Shown one piece after another: positions 1 to 12,922 of a DNA stretch of 64,000 nucleotides (positions within the stretch are counted from its first letter, which is position 1; the number at the start of each line of letters is the position of its first letter). The DNA comes from Cladosporium halotolerans (Eukaryota): NCBI RefSeq assembly GCF_011745625.1, contig NW_027191475.1, positions 310,001 to 374,000 on the forward strand, written 5' to 3'. The position numbers and the translations under genes are program-made. The notes under the pieces are model-generated. The model ran no database searches. It was not told the origin of the DNA and saw only the letters and a program-made list of their open reading frames with translations.

Positions 1-101
1 AAAGTGTTCTAAAACGCACTTCATCCATTCTGATGCCGTATCTCTTCCCCAACATACATTGGCCAACAGATTCATCTTGTCGGGGTGGTAAAACATAACA
101 G

Positions 102-145
102 TAGGGTTAGGGTTGGGGTAAAGCTTCCCCCAAGGCTTAGGGTTA
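102..145 (+). repeat. Interstitial telomere-like tract (TAGGGTTAGGGTTGGGG ... TTAGGGTTA)
   Basis: TAGGGTTAGGGTTGGGGTAA at 102-121 and TTAGGGTTA at 137-145, read directly from the sequence. Confidence 0.6.
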
Positions 146-841
146 CCGACATGCCTGCCATCGCGAATTCGGAAACCCGCAGACGAAGAAATGCAGAGTG
201 TTTTCGGGACTGTTGCTACCATCATCATCCATTCATTGCACGAACGTACTAGGCTACTCACCACCCCATGCTTAAATTACTTCTCGAGGCACGGAGAAAA
301 GCGTGGCTGTACGGCACTTTAAACTTACCTATACAACCAAAGAGACAGCAATCATCAACGACGTGGAAGTCGGCAGCAAGAATAAACGATTGAGAGCAGA
401 CTCAGACCTTCTCTATGCTATTATGCCATGAGGTTACGGATGCACACATATCCGTATTGAGCGCTCGGTTTATCAGACGCCGAATCGCACGAAGACTGGC
501 CCGAGGCCAAGTCAATTATGACGCGCCAGGTGCAGATCGACCACGAGTGTCGCTGCGGCTCCTCCACGCCATGAGCATGCTTGGTCACACCAAGGGCCGT
601 GTGTGTGGAGTGCCGTGGGGATATCTGGAGGAGCATAGCCACTGTGCCTCAACGCTCTCCATCCCTTCTCCAAAACCTCCGTAAGTGGAACCCTCATTCG
701 GCCCCGGAAGATCGAGGCACGAACAGGACATTAGGGAAGATCGAGGTAGGTTTACTGGGTATGATGGACCGTCTTCAGAGCATTTCAACCTCTTCTCAGC
801 TTTGGATGTTTTGCTCTCCAATTCTTTTCATCTACCACACG

Positions 842-2786
842 ATGGGCTTCCTAGACACTACTGGCAGCCTCAGGGGAAGAGCCTTGCGATGGGCCATCAC
901 GGCATGCTCATGCCAGGCTTTCCTACTCTTAGGCTTCGACCAAGGCGTCATGTCCGGCTTGATTGGGGCGGACAACCAATTCGGTCGTGATTTCAACAAC
1001 CCGGATGCGAATACACAGGGCATCATTACCTCAATCTACGGTAAAACAGGGCTATCGTGGTTATACAATATGTCTGGAGGGCTAATTCGAGGCAGACATT
1101 GGTTGTGCTATCGGCTGCCTGTTTTGCTTTGTGTACGGCGAACGTTTCGGTCGCAAGCGAATGATCATTGCCGGAGGTTCGTTGTCTCTCGCCAATGCAC
1201 TCGAAGCGCTAGGATGACTGATGTTCATATTCAGGCACAACGATGATAGTTGGCACGGTGTTGCTCGGGTCGGCAACTACCCTAGCTCAACTACTCGTCG
1301 GGCGCGTTGTGACTGGGATTGGTAACGGCTTCAACTCAGCAACGATTCCAGTATACCAGTCCGAAATGTCGAAGCCTGAGATCCGAGGAACTCTACTCTG
1401 CGCACAGGGAACACTCACCATCCTGGGATTATGCATAGCTTATTGGCTTGATTACGGCATGTCATTCGTTGATGGCCCTGCTCAATGGCGCTTTCCTATC
1501 TCGTTCCGTAAGGTTGACAGCGACGGTCTCAAGGACATACACTGACATTTCACAGAGGCTTTCTTTGCAATTTGTCTCGTGATCCAAGTTCTCCCGCTAC
1601 CTGAGACGCCACGCTGGCTGATTGAACATGGCCGCACGACGGATGGATCCCGCATTCTTGCCGCTTTACGATCCAAAGACAGCACAACAGACGACGAAGA
1701 AATCGTGTACCAACGCCGTGCCATTGAGACAGCACTGGAATTGGAGTCCGCTGGCGGGCCCTTCCAATACAAAGAGTTGTTGCAGGGCGGAAAACTTCAA
1801 AACTTGCGCCGGATGATACTGTGCGGAATGGTCAACTTGATGCAACAATTTACGGGTAAGCTTAGAAGAGAACGTGATCAGCCACCTAACGCCTGACACT
1901 GTACTAGGCTCCAATGTGATCAACTACTACGCTCCAACGGTGTATCAGAACGCAATGAATCTCGAACGGAATCTGTCGCTCATTCTTGGCGGCTGCACAT
2001 CTCTCACTTACCTCATCGGTAGCATTATTCCTCTTTTCACGGCTGATCGGTTTGGCCGTCGATCATTGCTTATGTTCTCCGCCGTTGGACTTTGTTTCTG
2101 CTTCGCGATGGCCGCCATTTTACTCAGCTTAGGCACCGTCAGCGCTGCTTACGGCGCGACGGCTATGGTTTTCATTTTCCAAATCTTTATGGGAGCTGGC
2201 TGGGTGAGTCAAGCCGTAGTACGAAGGTGCACTTTAAGACGATGACTGACCCGCATGAAGCTGCCAATGCCCTGGTTCTACCCTTCGGAGATCACGACGA
2301 CCAGGATTCGTTCAAGAGGTCAAGCATTCGGAGGGTTCATCAACTGTTGGTCTTCCCACATACATATGTTTGAGAGCTAAAGGACTGACACAGCGTACTT
2401 TCAGGGATGTCCGTCTTCGCTGTAGTCCAGATCACTCCGATTGCAATCCAGAACATCGATTATCGAACGTTCATTATATTCGCAGTTAGTGATGACCAGT
2501 ATCGAGACTGTCCAAGAGGCTGGGGCTGATCATGTCACAGGTGTTCAACGCGCTTTGGGTGCCTATCGTCTATTGCTTCTTTCCTGAGACCAGCGGTCTT
2601 CAATTAGAAGATGTTGACCACCTCTTCGAGAAAGGTGGTCTCACGGGTGGCGTGTTCAAAGCGAAAGGCGGTATGACTGTTCAACCAGGCTGGCACACTT
2701 CTCACCCGAACATGGAGGGCGTTGAGAAGATTCCCGAAGAGGCGATGGGAGTCGAAAACGTGAGAGAAAAGTCCATGGACGTGTAG
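842..2786 (+). CDS. MFS sugar porter family transporter (STL1-like), 8 exons
   Basis: Spliced translation gives GFDQGVMSG, GERFGRKR, PVYQSE, PETPRWL, QQFTGSNVINYY, DRFGRR, YPSEI and FFPETSG. Seven GT-AG introns at about 1041-1095, 1177-1233, 1508-1555, 1856-1907, 2204-2260, 2348-2404 and 2485-2540. Confidence 0.93.
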
Positions 2787-2978
2787 CCAACCACAAGAAG
2801 CAACAATTGGCGCGAATGGTCGAGGAGTTGGTTTTGTTCCACCGCGTAGCTTCATGCGATATTATCGGTCGCTTTTCAGGAGTCGGAGAAATGAAAGGAC
2901 AATCTTTCTTGCGCCGTCGCTGGCTATACGGCACATGGCCTGGATGCTATGATATCATCAAGGCCCCATAGCCCCCAT

Positions 2979-3186
2979 CTGGGGAGCGAGAAGTTCGCTG
3001 GGGACATGCGGGGATACCGGAACCCGGCAAGTCTAAGGCATTCATCCGAATGCTTTTACCAGCGACCAGGACGGGCTATCCATGACAAGCTCAGATCACC
3101 ATTACGGGCAAAACCTTGTTGACAGCCGCATGTTGCCTAAAAAGTATCGTCCTCTGTTGTTGTGAGCCTGGCTAGAGAGGTATAAA
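2979..3186 (+). promoter_or_regulatory. Beta-xylosidase promoter: three CreA-type SYGGRG sites, an XlnR-type GGCTAG site and a TATA box
   Basis: CTGGGG at 2979 and 2998, GCGGGG at 3008, GGCTAG at 3170-3175, TATAAA at 3181-3186, about 100 nt upstream of the ATG. The motifs are short, so the call depends on gene context. Confidence 0.5.
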
Positions 3187-3281
3187 GTTCGAGGCTCGAA
3201 GCACCAAACGCATTCTTACTCACCACACCAAATCTGTTTTCCAGTTTGTTGCATCGATTGCCTGTTCAAAAGTCACCTGAG

Positions 3282-5648
3282 ATGCAGGCCCTTATCACAG
3301 CGGCTTTGGCCGCGTTGATACCTGCTGTTGCAGGGCAGAACAACATGAGCTACTACGATTACACGATCAATGGCAACCCTCAGCTTGATCAGAGGACTTT
3401 GCAAACAATCCCGCTGAGCTTTCCGGATTGCGCAAACTCTCCTCTGACCGACACTCTGGTATGCAATACGTCAGCCAGCGCATGGGATCGCGCCTCTGCA
3501 TTGATCTCTATGTTCACCCTTGAGGAGCTGGTCAACAACACCGTCAACACGGGCCCTGGTGTACCTAGATTGGGGTTACCTCCATACGAAGTCTGGAACG
3601 AAGCTCTGCACGGTCTGAGCCATTTCTACCAACCAGAAGAAGGTCCATTCAGCTGGGTCACGGCATTCCCTCAGCCGATCACATCTATGGCTTCTATGAA
3701 CCGCAGTCTCATTCACCAAATCGGCTCTATTATCTCGACTCAAGGTAGAGCAGCGAGCAATGCTGGCCGATATGGACTGAACGTCTATTCGCCAAACATC
3801 AACGGTTTCCGTGCTCCTGTTTGGGGTCGTGGACAGGAAACACCTGGCGAGGATGCTTACTTCTTGTCATCGCTTTACGCGTACGAGTACATCACTGCCA
3901 TGCAAGGCGGAGTTGGTCCCGAGATTCCCAAGCTCGTGAGCGTCGTGAAGCACTTTGCTGGCTACGACATCGAGAGCTGGCACAACCACAGCCGTTTGGG
4001 TAACGACGTGAATATTACCCAGCAAGACTTGGCTGGGTACTACACACCACAGTTCCGCACTGCCGTCGCGGAAGCCAAGGCGAAGGGTCTCATGTGCTCT
4101 TACAATGCTGTCAACGGAGAGGCAAGCTGCTCAAGCTCTTTCCTTCTTCAGACTTTGCTCCGCGAGACTTGGGGTTTTGGAGACGGCTTCGTGTCAAGCG
4201 ATTGCGGTGCAGTGTACGGCGTCTTCAACCCTCACATGAGCGCTTCGACTCGCGTAGGAGGTTCTGCGGCAGCTCTTTTGGCAGGCACTGACATCGACTG
4301 CGGAACCGAATACGCGTTCTATCTCGAAGACGCTTTCACTCAAGGCAATGTCTCCCGCGATGACATTGAAAAGTCGCTCACACGACTGTACTCCCAGCTT
4401 GTTTCGCAAGGATACTTTGATGGTAACGCTAGCATGTATCGCGACCTGTCTTGGGATGACGTGCTGACCACCGACGCTTGGAACATCTCTTACGAGGCTG
4501 CGGTGGAAGGTATCGTGCTTCTCAAGAACGACGGAACCTTGCCTTTGCAAAGCAACTCGAGTGTCGCTCTGATCGGGCCATATGCGAACGCTACCGAGCA
4601 GCTGCTCGGAAACTATTTCACGGACGCGCCCTACACGATCAGTCCGCTGCAAGCGTTCGAGGCCTCTGGTCGGCAAGTCAAGTATGCCGTGGGTACCGGC
4701 ATCTCGGGAACCAACACGAGTTTCTTCCAGGAAGCACTTGATGCTGCTCGTGACTCTGACGTGATCGTCTTCGCCGGAGGCATTGACAACACTATCGAGT
4801 CTGAAGCTTTGGACAGAGAGGACATTCGCTGGCCGGGCAATCAACTTGATCTAATCCATCAGCTCAGTCAGCTGGGTAAGCCAGTTGTCGTTCTGCAGAT
4901 GGGTGGTGGCCAAGTCGACAGCTCTGCACTGAAGACGAATGAGAACGTCAACTCGATCGTCTGGGGAGGATACCCAGGTCAGAGTGGCGGCCAAGCACTC
5001 TACGACATCATCTCCGGCAAACGGGCTCCTGCAGCACGTCTTGTGACCACACAGTATCCGGCGTCCTACGCTGATAACTTCTATCAGCTGGACATGGATC
5101 TCCGCCCCTCGGGTGACAACCCAGGCCAAACATACATGTGGTACACTGGCGAGCCGGTATATGCATTCGGCCACGGAATGTTTTATACCACCTTCGAGGA
5201 GAAGGGTGCAGCAAATGCTTCCGCTAACAACCACTACAACATCACCAACTTCTTCACGCAGCCTCACGACGGGTATGAGTTCATTGAGCAAAAGCCTCTG
5301 CTCACCTTCCATGCTGACGTCACAAACACCGGCGAGGTCGCTTCGGATTACTCTGCGATGCTTTTCGCCACCACAACCGGGGGCCCTGCTCCCCGCCCTA
5401 TCAAGTGGCTCGTCGGCATTACGCGTGAAGCAGAGCTTCCTTCAGGTGGTACCTGCCATGTGGGGATAGACATTCCTGTCGGTGCGCTTGCTCGAGCCGC
5501 TGAGAACGGCGACTTGGTGGTGTACCCTGGTGACTACTCTCTGGCACTCAACAATGAGCGCTCGGTCGTCATGAACTTCACGCTCACGGGAGAGCCCGCA
5601 ACGATCGCAAAGTGGCCGTCTGCGCTTCCAGAAGAGCCATTGCCATAA
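3282..5648 (+). CDS. xlnD: Secreted GH3 exo-1,4-beta-xylosidase (XlnD/Bxl1-like), intronless
   Basis: Signal peptide MQALITAALAALIPAVAG; motifs WNEALHG, WGRGQETPGED, KHFAGYD, MCSYNAVNG, VSSDC (nucleophile), GIVLLKND, GYPGQSGG; FN3-like C-terminus. Confidence 0.93.
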   Translation: MQALITAALAALIPAVAGQNNMSYYDYTINGNPQLDQRTLQTIPLSFPDCANSPLTDTLVCNTSASAWDRASALISMFTLEELVNNTVNTGPGVPRLGLPPYEVWNEALHGLSHFYQPEEGPFSWVTAFPQPITSMASMNRSLIHQIGSIISTQGRAASNAGRYGLNVYSPNINGFRAPVWGRGQETPGEDAYFLSSLYAYEYITAMQGGVGPEIPKLVSVVKHFAGYDIESWHNHSRLGNDVNITQQDLAGYYTPQFRTAVAEAKAKGLMCSYNAVNGEASCSSSFLLQTLLRETWGFGDGFVSSDCGAVYGVFNPHMSASTRVGGSAAALLAGTDIDCGTEYAFYLEDAFTQGNVSRDDIEKSLTRLYSQLVSQGYFDGNASMYRDLSWDDVLTTDAWNISYEAAVEGIVLLKNDGTLPLQSNSSVALIGPYANATEQLLGNYFTDAPYTISPLQAFEASGRQVKYAVGTGISGTNTSFFQEALDAARDSDVIVFAGGIDNTIESEALDREDIRWPGNQLDLIHQLSQLGKPVVVLQMGGGQVDSSALKTNENVNSIVWGGYPGQSGGQALYDIISGKRAPAARLVTTQYPASYADNFYQLDMDLRPSGDNPGQTYMWYTGEPVYAFGHGMFYTTFEEKGAANASANNHYNITNFFTQPHDGYEFIEQKPLLTFHADVTNTGEVASDYSAMLFATTTGGPAPRPIKWLVGITREAELPSGGTCHVGIDIPVGALARAAENGDLVVYPGDYSLALNNERSVVMNFTLTGEPATIAKWPSALPEEPLP

Positions 5649-6236
5649 ATGGCTTTGATCTTGATAGACTTTAGAATAGAACTCAGATCATGGAAAATTT
5701 ATTTTCCCGAGCTCCCATCTTGACTCCAAGTCACCAGCAATACGTATAAGGCTCATATGGTAGACTCTTGAATGAAACTGTAACTCCATGTGTATTGTAA
5801 GTCGAACCGAACGGATTCGGGAATTGTTGGAGGGAAGACAGTCCATGTTCCACCTCTGAAGCAAGTCAAGAACCGGCTGAGCATGAGCGTCTTTTATGAC
5901 TGTTTGTGGACCTGGAGGAGATGATTTTGGGCGGGAAATGTTGACCTTGCCGAGACCGATTTAGAAAACGAAGATGAGACGTACTCCCGATTGACTTGGA
6001 CAATGTTGATCGTGTTGATTGATTGGCTTTCGCCAGAAGAGATGCAGGGGATACTGAGCTTGAATTTTCCTGCGAGCGCCAATGACCCGTAAATATGAGT
6101 TATGGCGGCATTGCTTCAACAGACGAACGAAGAGGAAAGTCGCTATGATACTGAGCTGCGATACACGGGACGCCGTACCTATATTTTGAATCGTACAAAT
6201 TTCATCAAAGGGGTCGTAAGATAATCAGAACGCCAT

Positions 6237-8793
6237 TTAGCTTCCAATACCTCCTCCATGCTCCCTAACTTCCTTCTTCTCCAGCTTGGGAATATCTCTA
6301 CTGAGTAGCATTCTCAGCTCGGGTGAGATCACCTTCTCTTTCTCCTTGCCAGCGCCTGCTGCAGCGTTGTCAGCTGCCGTTCTCTCCCTGCCAGACGCGC
6401 TGGCGCCAGTCTGAGAATTAGATGGCGAAGGAGGTGGCTGAGGCAACCTCTGTCGGACTGTTGGCATTGATGGAAAGTTGTCCTTACGATCAATGGCTTC
6501 GACCATGCGTTGGAACCGTCTGAAAAGCGCTTCTGCCCTGGCAAGCGTCGAGGGAAGATCAATCGTGCCAGAAAGCTCATTGACATATTTGAGAACTTCA
6601 TCGAACCCCTTCAGATGCTCAAGTATGACGTTGCGGTGTTTCTCGAGAATTGCCATAGCGATGAAGAGGTGGAAGTTGGCGCTGTAGTAGTCCGTCCAAA
6701 GTGTCTCCCACAAGCGGAGGATGTCGAACCACTCGAACTCTCTCTTGAACCAGACAAGGAGCATTCGGAAGAAAAAGAAGAAGTTGGTTGAGTCGAGGCG
6801 CTGCAGGTGTTCGTAGAGCTTCGGGTCGAGGAGCTGACACAGGTGATCGAGTGTGAGCAACTGTAGGCGCATGCCGGACTGGTCGCGAAGGAAATTGCGC
6901 TCCATCCGATCCATAAAACCGACGAAGCCCCAGAAGGCTACGGCATCGTCCTGCTGGACTGCGTAGATTGGAGCAAGCAGGTCGGACATGCCTTGTACGT
7001 AGCCCAGGTCGCGATTGTACTCATTGTATGTGAGCAACAGATCCTTCATCTGCTCAAGGTGCACATTCGTGCCTGCTTCGGCAAAAGGTGAGTCTGGGTC
7101 TGGGTGAGGAATATCTTCGCCAGCGAAGAGGGGAATATGACGATCGGTACGGTGGACGTCTTTCTCTACAGATGAGATAGCAGTGTCAGTAGGAGTGTTA
7201 GTGATGGACCATCACTGAGCTAAGGAATAGCGTGACATGTAAGGACTTACCGATGCGCATCCGCTGCTCTTTCCACCATTCCTTCTCTTCTAACGAGCCT
7301 CTATCATCAGCCAATCGCTCCCACCAGGCGCCTTTCAAGCGAATGTACTCGTCACGAAGACTGTGAATCTTCGCTTTTCTTTCATCCGCAGACGAGTCCC
7401 ACTCATACACGCCGAGGAGGAATAGCCATGCTTCTTTCCGTACGTCATCATCTTTTGAGAGACCGCCGTGGAAGATCCTTTCCTTGACCTCAAGCTGTGT
7501 CTTCTCGAGCCTGCCTGTCGATGCATTGAAAAAGCTCTCCCACTCTTCGGCAGTCACTGGCTTTCGCTTGTCTTGCAAGCTGAGTGCCTCTGCATCCAAA
7601 ACCTCGAAGGAACCAAGCTCAGACTCCTCCATTTCCAAGATGTCCCTTGCAGTCCATATCCTCTGGCTGCGCTCCTTTTCGGCCTGTTCCGCAATACTCA
7701 TGGCCCATCGTGCCAAGTACAAGCGGGCCGAGTCAAATTCATCACTCATGCTCTGTACCTGCGGGCTTTGCATCAACCGGCGGACAGGTGGCGGCAGGTT
7801 CTTGTTCTCGGCCACAGCCTGCGCCGTACGGCGAGTGAATGTGGTGACCTGACTAAGCTTCTCCAACACCGTCCACCTAGCTTCCTTGAGAGCTTTACCG
7901 ACTGGATCCTCTTTCTTCTTCTGCTTTGACGACTCGCCCTTGTCCTTGCCCTCAAGCATGTTGCGAACGTTGTCAGACGTTGGCCGACGGGACAGACCAA
8001 AAGCTTTCTGGTCATCCTCAGTTGGATCGACCAGATAAAGACTGGGTTCGTGTGCACTTCTCTCCACAGTGGCGTGGTTCTTGAGCCACTTCATGACCTC
8101 GTCTCCACCCCAGTGCATCCCGCCGCCTGACGAGCTTCCTATGTCGAAATTCTCGCGTTGGAGTCTCTTTCGCTGGTTGATCGTGCTTTGACACTCGTTG
8201 TCGTGAAAGAACAACGCCGGGAAGCTCTCACCAGTACGGGTGTTGATCACAATTGAGCCATGCCACCATCCTGAACTGGGTGGGCGGAACAGGATACTGT
8301 AAATTTCCGAGAGAGGAACAGAGAACGGGTAGGTCCCTATCGAGGCGCCATGCGTCGTTGTCACTGGAGGTGGCGGTACCAAGTCTGGTCTGTGAGGAGG
8401 GCTGTCAGCCTCGGCCATATCGGCTTTGGCATACTTCTCCCTTCCATCGCCGAGGCTCCCTTCTGGTAACCACGAGAGCAGCAAGTTGTGATTATTATCG
8501 GATTTTCCAGATTTTCCTGCAACAGCGGGCGGATGTGTCACTGCCGATTTCCTTCTTTCGCCATCTCCGACTACAGGCTTCTGTTCCACCAAGGCGATGT
8601 ATCCGGCAACATTGTCTTTCGCTGAAGCTGAAGGATGAACGTAGACTTTGCTCTTTGCGTACAACAGCTTGACACCTTTGTTGCTCTTCGACTGCCTAAT
8701 AGCACTATACTCGCCTTCCTCGTCGTCGCTCACATCGTAGAAGCTAGCCGTTGGAGAGGGCGGGCTGGGGGGTGCATCCTGCGGCTGCGGCAT
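6237..8793 (-). CDS. GYP7: TBC-domain Rab GTPase-activating protein Gyp7 (TBC1D15-like), one intron near 7167-7250
   Basis: Motifs KLLYAKSKVYVHP, PALFFHD, ARLYLARWA, IFHGG..RKEAWLFLLG, spliced IEKDVHRTDR, and GYVQGMSDLLAP. Start taken at ATG 8793 (MPQPQ). Confidence 0.93.
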
Positions 8794-9445
8794 GTCGAAG
8801 GCGGTCGTGAGTGCGGGGAGATAATTCAGAGCATCCAAACCATGCTACACAGCACTGTCGTATGGAGGTTATCGCGAGAGAACGAGTTGTTGTGAGACGG
8901 CGAGCATGGGGGTGGTGGTGTCTTGGAATGCCTGCGCCTGATCTGATCTGCTGTGACGCAAGCGGGGAAGTGGTGTGGCGCAGGCGACGAGGCACGCGCA
9001 GCTTCAGGCAACAGAATTCTGCCGCGCCGAGGAGTTTGTATTCACTACACCGTTAAGTTCGTTGCTAATGTTGGTCCATATCGATGCATTTTTCGTACAT
9101 TCAGGCACCGGTTGAACAGCTATTCAGCTGTCTGCGAACAATTCTCCTCGAAGTATACTCTACATGATCAGATTGCTTGCAAGCCTGAACATGGGACACA
9201 ACTCTCTCGGGGAAAGCCTATAAAACCATTGCGACATCGCTCCTTGCTCGTCATGCCACCAGTCTCGCGGAGTGAGGCTTGAGATTGTTAACGTTGGGGC
9301 TTTGGGTGACTGCAAGATCGTAGCCAAGGCGCCGGCGTTTTGGGGCATGAGCCATGGGCCGTGGATCCGGTCTTTTGAACCGATTACACCAGCGCAGGTG
9401 CAAAACGTCGGTACATGTATGAGGACAACTACCACTAGTCATGGT

Positions 9446-10315
9446 TCAGGTGCTTACGATCACCGCTGTCACTACAACCACCGTAGACAACCACTGGTGG
9501 AGAAATGTCCAAAGCAATTGCAAGTACCATATCGGCCTTTTCGGAGAAATTCGTCGGCCAGTATCCTCATTGAAAAGTATCTGGCCGCCTGGCAAGTCGC
9601 GCAACGGATTGCCTTCGCCTTCCTGCATCCAGCCGACAGGCTTGAATCCGCAAGAGACATACAGTAGGTATCCTGTCTCTGAAGCTATGACGCTTGCACA
9701 GGTGCCATCGCGCTTCGCAAGTTCTAGACCGAAGTTCACAAGCTGCCGTCCAAAGCCTTTGCGTTGATGGCAAGGATCAACCATGAGGAAGTCCAGCAGC
9801 CAAGTTCGGGCTCGCGATCCTGTCCAGTAGTGTTTGGTGTACGATTCGGCTCGCTCGATTACGTCCGCAAACGCTGGGTTTGCTGCGCGATTCTGAAGTC
9901 TTTCTGTTTACATTTCAGCAACATCTTCCTTCAGAGCTTCTAGAATGTTGAATCACCTTGACCGGCATTCGCGCTTACGCGGAGTGGCCCTTCTAGCCCA
10001 TCATCACAGCGCAGCCAATCTGCGTAACCGGTGATAATTTCCTGAGTTTCTTTGCTCTCGACAGTAACGATGTGGCAGCGTGCCGAGTCGTGTAAGTTTC
10101 GAGAGATACGCGAATAAAAATACTGGACGAAATCGTCGGGATATTCCTTTCTGTGAGGATGCATCAAATGTCCTATCAATGCATCGTCGGAGCATGCTAA
10201 AATGGTATGTTCAGAGCAAACCCTTGCAAATCCCTTCGAACTGTAGACTCTCACCTCTTGCGCAAAGCTGAGCGACAGCCTCAATATCGCCCTCGGTACA
10301 TTGTCTTATCGTCAT
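9446..10315 (-). CDS. GNAT family acetyltransferase, 3 exons
   Basis: Exon 1 MTIRQCTEGDIEAVAQLCAR; exon 2 HPHRKEYPDD; exon 3 NRAANP..HYWTGSRARTWLLDFLMVDPCHQRKGFGRQLV, which holds the acetyl-CoA motif A (QRKGFG). Clearly similar to the GNAT at 42442-43176. Confidence 0.8.
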
Positions 10316-11011
10316 GTTGGCAATTCACCCGTACATCCGATGGATCCTCATATAAGTTGACCCGTAATACTGAAGCCAGGAATGGAAGCCACGCTCGCTC
10401 ACGCAGTCGTCTTCGTCTTGCCGGTCCGTGTGGGACATTGAAGAAATACGAGAGCTTTCGCTCTGAAGTGCACACTGGAGCTTACATTGAGCAATCAATT
10501 TTGACTTCGACTTGATCAACACACCTTGTCTCCATCGAGCAAGATTGGAGTCACGCTACTGCAGCATGGGTATTTTGTGCCGCACCGGTGCTCCGTTTCG
10601 TGACTCCTGATTGCTTCTCTACGCACTAGAGGCGCAGGAGCTTCCCCACTATCTGCGACCTCTTCAACAAGGATCCGGATATGTGCGATTGCTTCAACCT
10701 TGCCCTACAAAATCGGGCGCTTTGACGACGTTCGAGAATGGCCAAAAGGCTCGCACTTGTGAGTCGGGATCACAGGATGCACAAGGATTAAGATGTTTCA
10801 CGCCTAGCCTGTATCAACTGCCGAGCTCGCTGCTTGAATCCATTCGCTACATATGGTCGGCTCCTCTCGCTTGATGGTGTTGAGACTCTTCAGCCCCACG
10901 ATTGTCGCACACTGGCTTTCCCTTGTGTGACCTGCTGCTTCATCCATAAAGCTCTACATACCTTCCTGCTAGCAGCGCCCTCCCTCCATCATCTCGAGTC
11001 AATTGCATATC

Positions 11012-12922
11012 ATGTCTGGTAATAAGCAAGGAGTTCTCACGCAGCCCAATGTAGGCACAAAAGGCACAGTATCGTCCAAAGACGAACTGTCATCAGTAAA
11101 GAAGGGAACTACGGCGGATCAACATGACATGGATCGCTTGGGGAAGACTCAAGAGACTAAAGTCAGAAGATACGCGTCTTTTTTAAACGACAGATGTTCT
11201 GACAGAGCCGCAGCGCAATTTTCGCTTCATTACCATAGTTGCGTTTACGATGGTCCTCATGTCGACCTGGGAAGCTCAATTCAGCGCTTCAGGGTTCGTT
11301 ATCAACAACGGCGGAAGAGCCGGCGCGATCTGGATGTACCTTGGAACCTTCATATGCTTCCTGACTGCCATCGCATCCATGGCAGAGATGTCTAGCATGG
11401 CCCCTACTACAGGTGGTCAATATCGTACGTGGACTCATTCACTGTCACGACCGTCAAGCAACGCGATCGGAACAAGACCGAATGGCGTATCTTGGAAAAG
11501 GGTTTCTTAAGGATCGTCGAGTGCTGACTGGCAATCCGCAGATTGGGTTTCGGAATTTGGCCCTGCCTACGCCCAAAAGCAGCTCTCGTACACTGTGGGT
11601 TGGCTGTGTTTGCTGGGTTGGCAAGTCGGTAACACCGCGATCGCTTACCTGTGTGGAACCATCCTCCAGGGCATGGTCGCCCTAAACAACCCTTCTTATG
11701 AACCGACCCGTTGGCAAGCCGTACTGATCATCTGGGCTGTCTTAACATTTTCCCTCGTCTTCAACACGACTTTTGCTTCAGGTTTGCCAATACTTGAGCT
11801 CATCGTGGCTACCATCCACGTTCTAGGCTTCTTCGCTATACTCATCGTTTTATGGGTGTACGCTGATCCTGATCCGGCAAGCAAAGTGTTCACGTCATTC
11901 TACAACGGTGGAGGATGGTCCACGCAAGGCGCGGCCTGCCTCGTTGGCATCCTCTCTCCCGTTTTCTCCTTCGTCGGGCCTGATGCTGCGACCTATATGG
12001 CTGAAGAGCTACAAGATGCTTCGCGCAGCTTGCCTAGAGCAATGATGTGGGCGGCCATCTCGAACGGTGCCATGGGCTTTGTCATGATCATCACCTTCAT
12101 GATGATGCTTGGGGATCCGGCGACCGCTTTGGACTCAGCTACTGGATACCCATTCATCGACGTAAGCTTGGCCAAGATACTCTTCAGGTGCTTGTATTCT
12201 GACCAGTCTTAGCTCTTTTACCGAGCTACAGGTTCGATGGCTGGCACAACCGTTATGGTGACATTATTCTTTATTATGCTACTTTTCGGAAGCGTCACTA
12301 GCTTTGCGACATCATCCCGCCAAATGTGGGCTTTTGTGAGTTCGCATGACCCTTCACTCCTGATGGGAAGTTCGGCTGACTTGATGCAGGCACGAGACAA
12401 CGGTACCCCGTTCTCCAGCTGGTTATCCCACGTTCGACCGGGCTACGATCTTCCAGTCAACGCAGTGCTTGTGACTTGGGCCTTCGCAATGCTCCTTACA
12501 CTTATCAATCTCGGCAGCGACGTCGCCCTCAACATCATCACCTCCCTCGGCGTCGGCGCATTGACATGCTCGTACATCATTTCGATCAGCTGCATCATCC
12601 GCAAGCGTCTGGTCGACGAGCCTTTGCTCCCGCGTCCCTGGAGTCTCGGCATCTGGGGTCTGCCTTTGAATCTCATAGGTGTCGCCTTTTTGATCCTGGT
12701 CTTCGTCATGAACTTCTTCCCTCAATCACCACGCAATTTGGATGCTACGACCTTCAACTGGAACATCCTCATTGTGAGTGCCCTTTTCACTGTGGAGACA
12801 GGTGTCCGATCGCTGACTTGGGGCAGTTTATGGCTGCAGTTCTCATTGCAGGCATCAATTATGCCATTAGAGGCTGAAAGGATTATGATGGGCCAGTAGC
12901 TTATGTACGCAAAGACGTCTGA
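11012..12922 (+). CDS. APC-superfamily amino acid permease (GABA/choline permease-like), multi-exon
   Basis: Motifs DMDRLGK.QE..RNF, SMAEMSSMAPTTGGQY-HWVSEF, GWLCLLGWQ, GPDAATYMAEE, SSRQMWAF-ARDNG and terminal YDGPVAYVRKDV*; about five GT-AG introns. Confidence 0.9.

Noticed and set aside
5880..6100. Protein-like fragments between the xylosidase and GYP7 3' ends
   Set aside because: Interrupted by stops in all frames, with no start or splice support.
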